Source: Octopus bimaculoides (Eukaryota). Taken from it: DNA of 64,000 nt. The notes beneath the pieces were generated by a model. That model did not search any database. It saw only the letters and a list, made by a program, of their open reading frames with translations, and was not told the origin of the DNA. The position numbers and the translations under genes are program-made. Positions 61,258 to 64,000 of the stretch are shown here, piece after piece. Each line of letters opens with the position of its first letter. Position 1 is the stretch's first letter. The DNA is taken from positions 31,778,658 to 31,842,657 of the forward strand of contig NC_068985.1 of the NCBI RefSeq assembly GCF_001194135.2, read 5' to 3'.

Positions 61258-62160
61258 GTGTCCTCTTCCACAGGTACCCTGAACCACTAGGCTGTGGCAC
61301 TTTTTCACACAGCTATCCTCATCCATTCTCGCCAAATGACCATACCAGTGCAATTGCCTCTCTTGCACATCACAACTGACGCTTCTTAGGTCCAACTTTT
61401 CTCTCAAGGTACTTACACTCTGTCGAGTATGCACACTGACATTTCACAGCCATCAGAGCATACTGGCTTCATTGCTTGGGAGCTTACGTATGTCCTCAGC
61501 AGTCACGGCCCACGTTTCACTGCCATGTAGCATGGCTGTTCGTACACATGCGTCATACAGTTTGCCTTTTACTCTGAGTGAGAGGCCTTTGTCACCAGCA
61601 GAGGTAAGAGCTCTCTGAACTTTGCTCAGGCTATTCTTATTCTAGCAGCTACACTTTCAGCGTACCCTCCCCCGTTACTTGTAGTTTTTCTCCCTGGAAT
61701 ATGGCAGAAGTCGTTCTCTGCACATTTTCAGTGTTTATTGCTCCTGAGCATCTGCCACATACAAAATCTATCTTGCTAGTTAGCCTTCCTTTGATATTGC
61801 TGCACCTCTTATGTGTCCATAGCTTACACTGGGTACATCTTATAGAGTTTCTATCTACGCCTTTTCTANNNNNNNNNNNNNNNNNNNNNNNNNNNNNNNN
61901 NNNNNNNNNNNNNNNNNNNNNNNNNNNNNNNNNNNNNNNNNNNNNNNNNNNNNNNNNNNNNNNNCCTGAAGGGGTTTGTGGTTTGTCTACCTTCCTACTT
62001 ATTAGGACTTCAGTTTTAGCTAGGTTGACTCTAAGGCCCTTCGATTCTAATCCTTGCTTCCACACCTGAAACTTCTCCTCTAGTTCTGATAGTGACTCAG
62101 CAATTAGAGCAAGGTCATCAGCATAGAGGAGCTCCCAGGGGCATCCTGTCTTGAATTCCT
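61258..62160 (-). mobile_element. PHD-type RTE LINE fragment
   Basis: PWELLYADDLALIAE (intact YADD, ~62095-62140), [72 protein letters not shown]. Confidence 0.85.
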
Positions 62161-62164
62161 GTGT

Positions 62165-62167
62165 TAC

Positions 62168-62199
<32 letters not shown>

Positions 62200-62231
62200 A
62201 TTTATATTATATATATATATACTATTTACAT

Positions 62232-62262
<31 letters not shown>

Positions 62263-62327
62263 TATATTATATACATTATTTATATTATACATATATATTA
62301 TTTACATTATATACATATATATATATT
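62165..62327. repeat. AT-rich microsatellite / low complexity tract
   Basis: Degenerate (TA)n/(TAT)n. Many other (TA)n/(TG)n tracts border the N gaps throughout the window. Confidence 0.9.
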
Positions 62328-62328
62328 A

Positions 62329-63900
62329 CTAGCAGCTAAACCCGGTTTCACCCGGTCTGTTTGGATGAATTGGATGTGATTGTTTTTGGTTAGGCATAAT
62401 CTATAACAGTGTTTCTCAAGCTTATCATTTCGGGTCCCCTGTTTCGATTGGAGCCTCTAGCTGTATGAAGATTTCACCACCCACCCTGTCAGAAAATGGC
62501 TTCAGGAGTTCAGGGAAATTGTATGTAAGAATTAATAGTAGACGTATCCAATTTAAGAAAAGTGAAGATAAAAGCTAAGTGAAGAAGTATGGAATAAGTA
62601 GAGAAAATTGGTGGGGGGAAGACTTTCCAAAATAACTTCTCAGAAAACAGCTTCAGGAGTTGTGAAGAAAGAATTTCTAGGTAGTCTGTTTATGAGAACT
62701 ATTCTATTGGACCTCTGTCTAATCACATCTTTTAAGTTACACACACATACATAGAAAATGTGAGGTTATGGTAGAAAATTTTTACGATAGTTGATTTATG
62801 GAAAAGATTATGTTAAATGTTTGAAATGCAAATCGGTGAATGAAAATTAAGTTCAGACCTCTACATGGTAGGTAGACCTGGTAGAAATAGCAGCCAAATC
62901 TCCCTCAAAACACCCTACAGTATTAATGCGACAATTCTGCATATTATGTAGTTTGAATGAGGAACTGTAAGGTGTGTGAGCAACTGGTTGTGTTAATGGC
63001 AGAAGAAAGGGGAATTGCATTAGAAAAAGTTTTAATCGATGTTCTCGGTAAGTATGGGGGCTAGGAAAAAATAGAAGAGGCATTAAGAAGTTGACGTTAA
63101 GAATTACTTTAACAGAAAATGAAGCTGTAAGTATTAACCGGGGAAATTGTATGTAAGAATTAATAGCAGACGTATCCAATTTAAGAAAAGTGAAGATAAA
63201 AGCTAAGTGAAGAAGTATAGAATAAGTAATTGTTATACGCTTATAGAAAAACAATTTATATTATAGAATAGATGCATACCTGTTGAAGACGAAAATGTAT
63301 GTGAGAGCTATTGTATTGGACGTGTGTATAATCATAAAGAAAGTGAAAGACATATGAAATGGACGGGAGTTTTGCAGTCAGCAGGAGGTGGTTTGTGCTT
63401 TATCTCTCGATCAATGGCCGGACAAGTGAAAATATTTTTTAATGTGTTTTGGGGAAAGGGATCTTTTGAAGTGGGCGTCAAATGAAAAGAGACATGGACA
63501 GTTTTATGACTGAACTTCTTTTGAAGCTGGCGTGAGACAGAAGAATTGATGTGCGTGCGTATGTCTGTGTGTGTGTATGTTTGATGGGGTGTGTGAGACA
63601 GAGAGAGTAATGCTGATGGTGTGTGTGTGTGTATGAGAGAGAGAGTGACAGAGAAAAACCGAGAGAGAGGGAGTGGTTATGTATGTATGAATGGCTTCAG
63701 TGACACATACACGCACGTATGTTTTAATCGCTTTTCTCAGTAACTATGGGGGCTAGGAAAAAAATACAAAGTGCGTTCCAATCTATGCACCCGTCTTCAT
63801 ATGTGTGCCATTTTTCACGCGAATCCACCCAGCTGTTTGGCTGTGAACCTCAAGACAAGAAAGAATACAACGGTCACCCATGTTCAATCTATATTATAGA
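62329..63900 (-). mobile_element. Complete non-autonomous Helitron, about 1.57 kb
   Basis: Minus strand starts A|TCTATAATATAGAT (63900) and ends with a CCGG-GTGAAA-CCGG hairpin, then TTTAGCTGCTAG|T (CTAG at 62332-62329); inserted between A and T with no TSD. Internal direct repeats (62510-62600 ~ 63140-63230; 63040-63080 ~ 63720-63770). Confidence 0.72.
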
Positions 63901-63955
63901 TTTATATTATATTATACACATATATATATATTATTTATATCACACACACACACAC

Positions 63956-64000
<45 letters not shown>

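Overview
AT-rich eukaryotic genomic DNA with many N gaps at microsatellites. The repeat content looks like a coleoid cephalopod, probably Octopus (inference). Three protein-coding genes can be read by hand. (1) The terminal exon of a zinc-dependent medium-chain dehydrogenase resembling bacterial-type L-threonine 3-dehydrogenase (+, 437-633). (2) A complete 14-coding-exon ZPR1 gene (-, 26888 to 4700, 440 aa) containing two minor-spliceosome (U12) introns, one AT-AC and one GT-AG, plus a probable non-coding first exon near 32.5 kb. (3) A complete 7-exon TOMM40 gene (+, 39183-49145, 337 aa), divergent from ZPR1. The rest is transposon-derived: a fossil Gypsy element, two mariners of different subfamilies with intact TIRs, RTE LINE pieces (some with a PHD finger inside the RT ORF) and their (GAT)n 3' tails, a CR1-like piece, modular tRNA-head SINEs, Deu/Nin-type SINEs, four TTAA piggyBac-type MITEs, fold-back elements with telomere-like repeats, a three-level nested insertion with a TATA target duplication, and a complete non-autonomous Helitron. 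The best leads are the paired U12 introns in ZPR1, the ZPR1-TOMM40 adjacency (each flanks a different vertebrate apolipoprotein cluster), and the bacterial-type Tdh. All calls are by eye without database searches; repeat boundaries are approximate.
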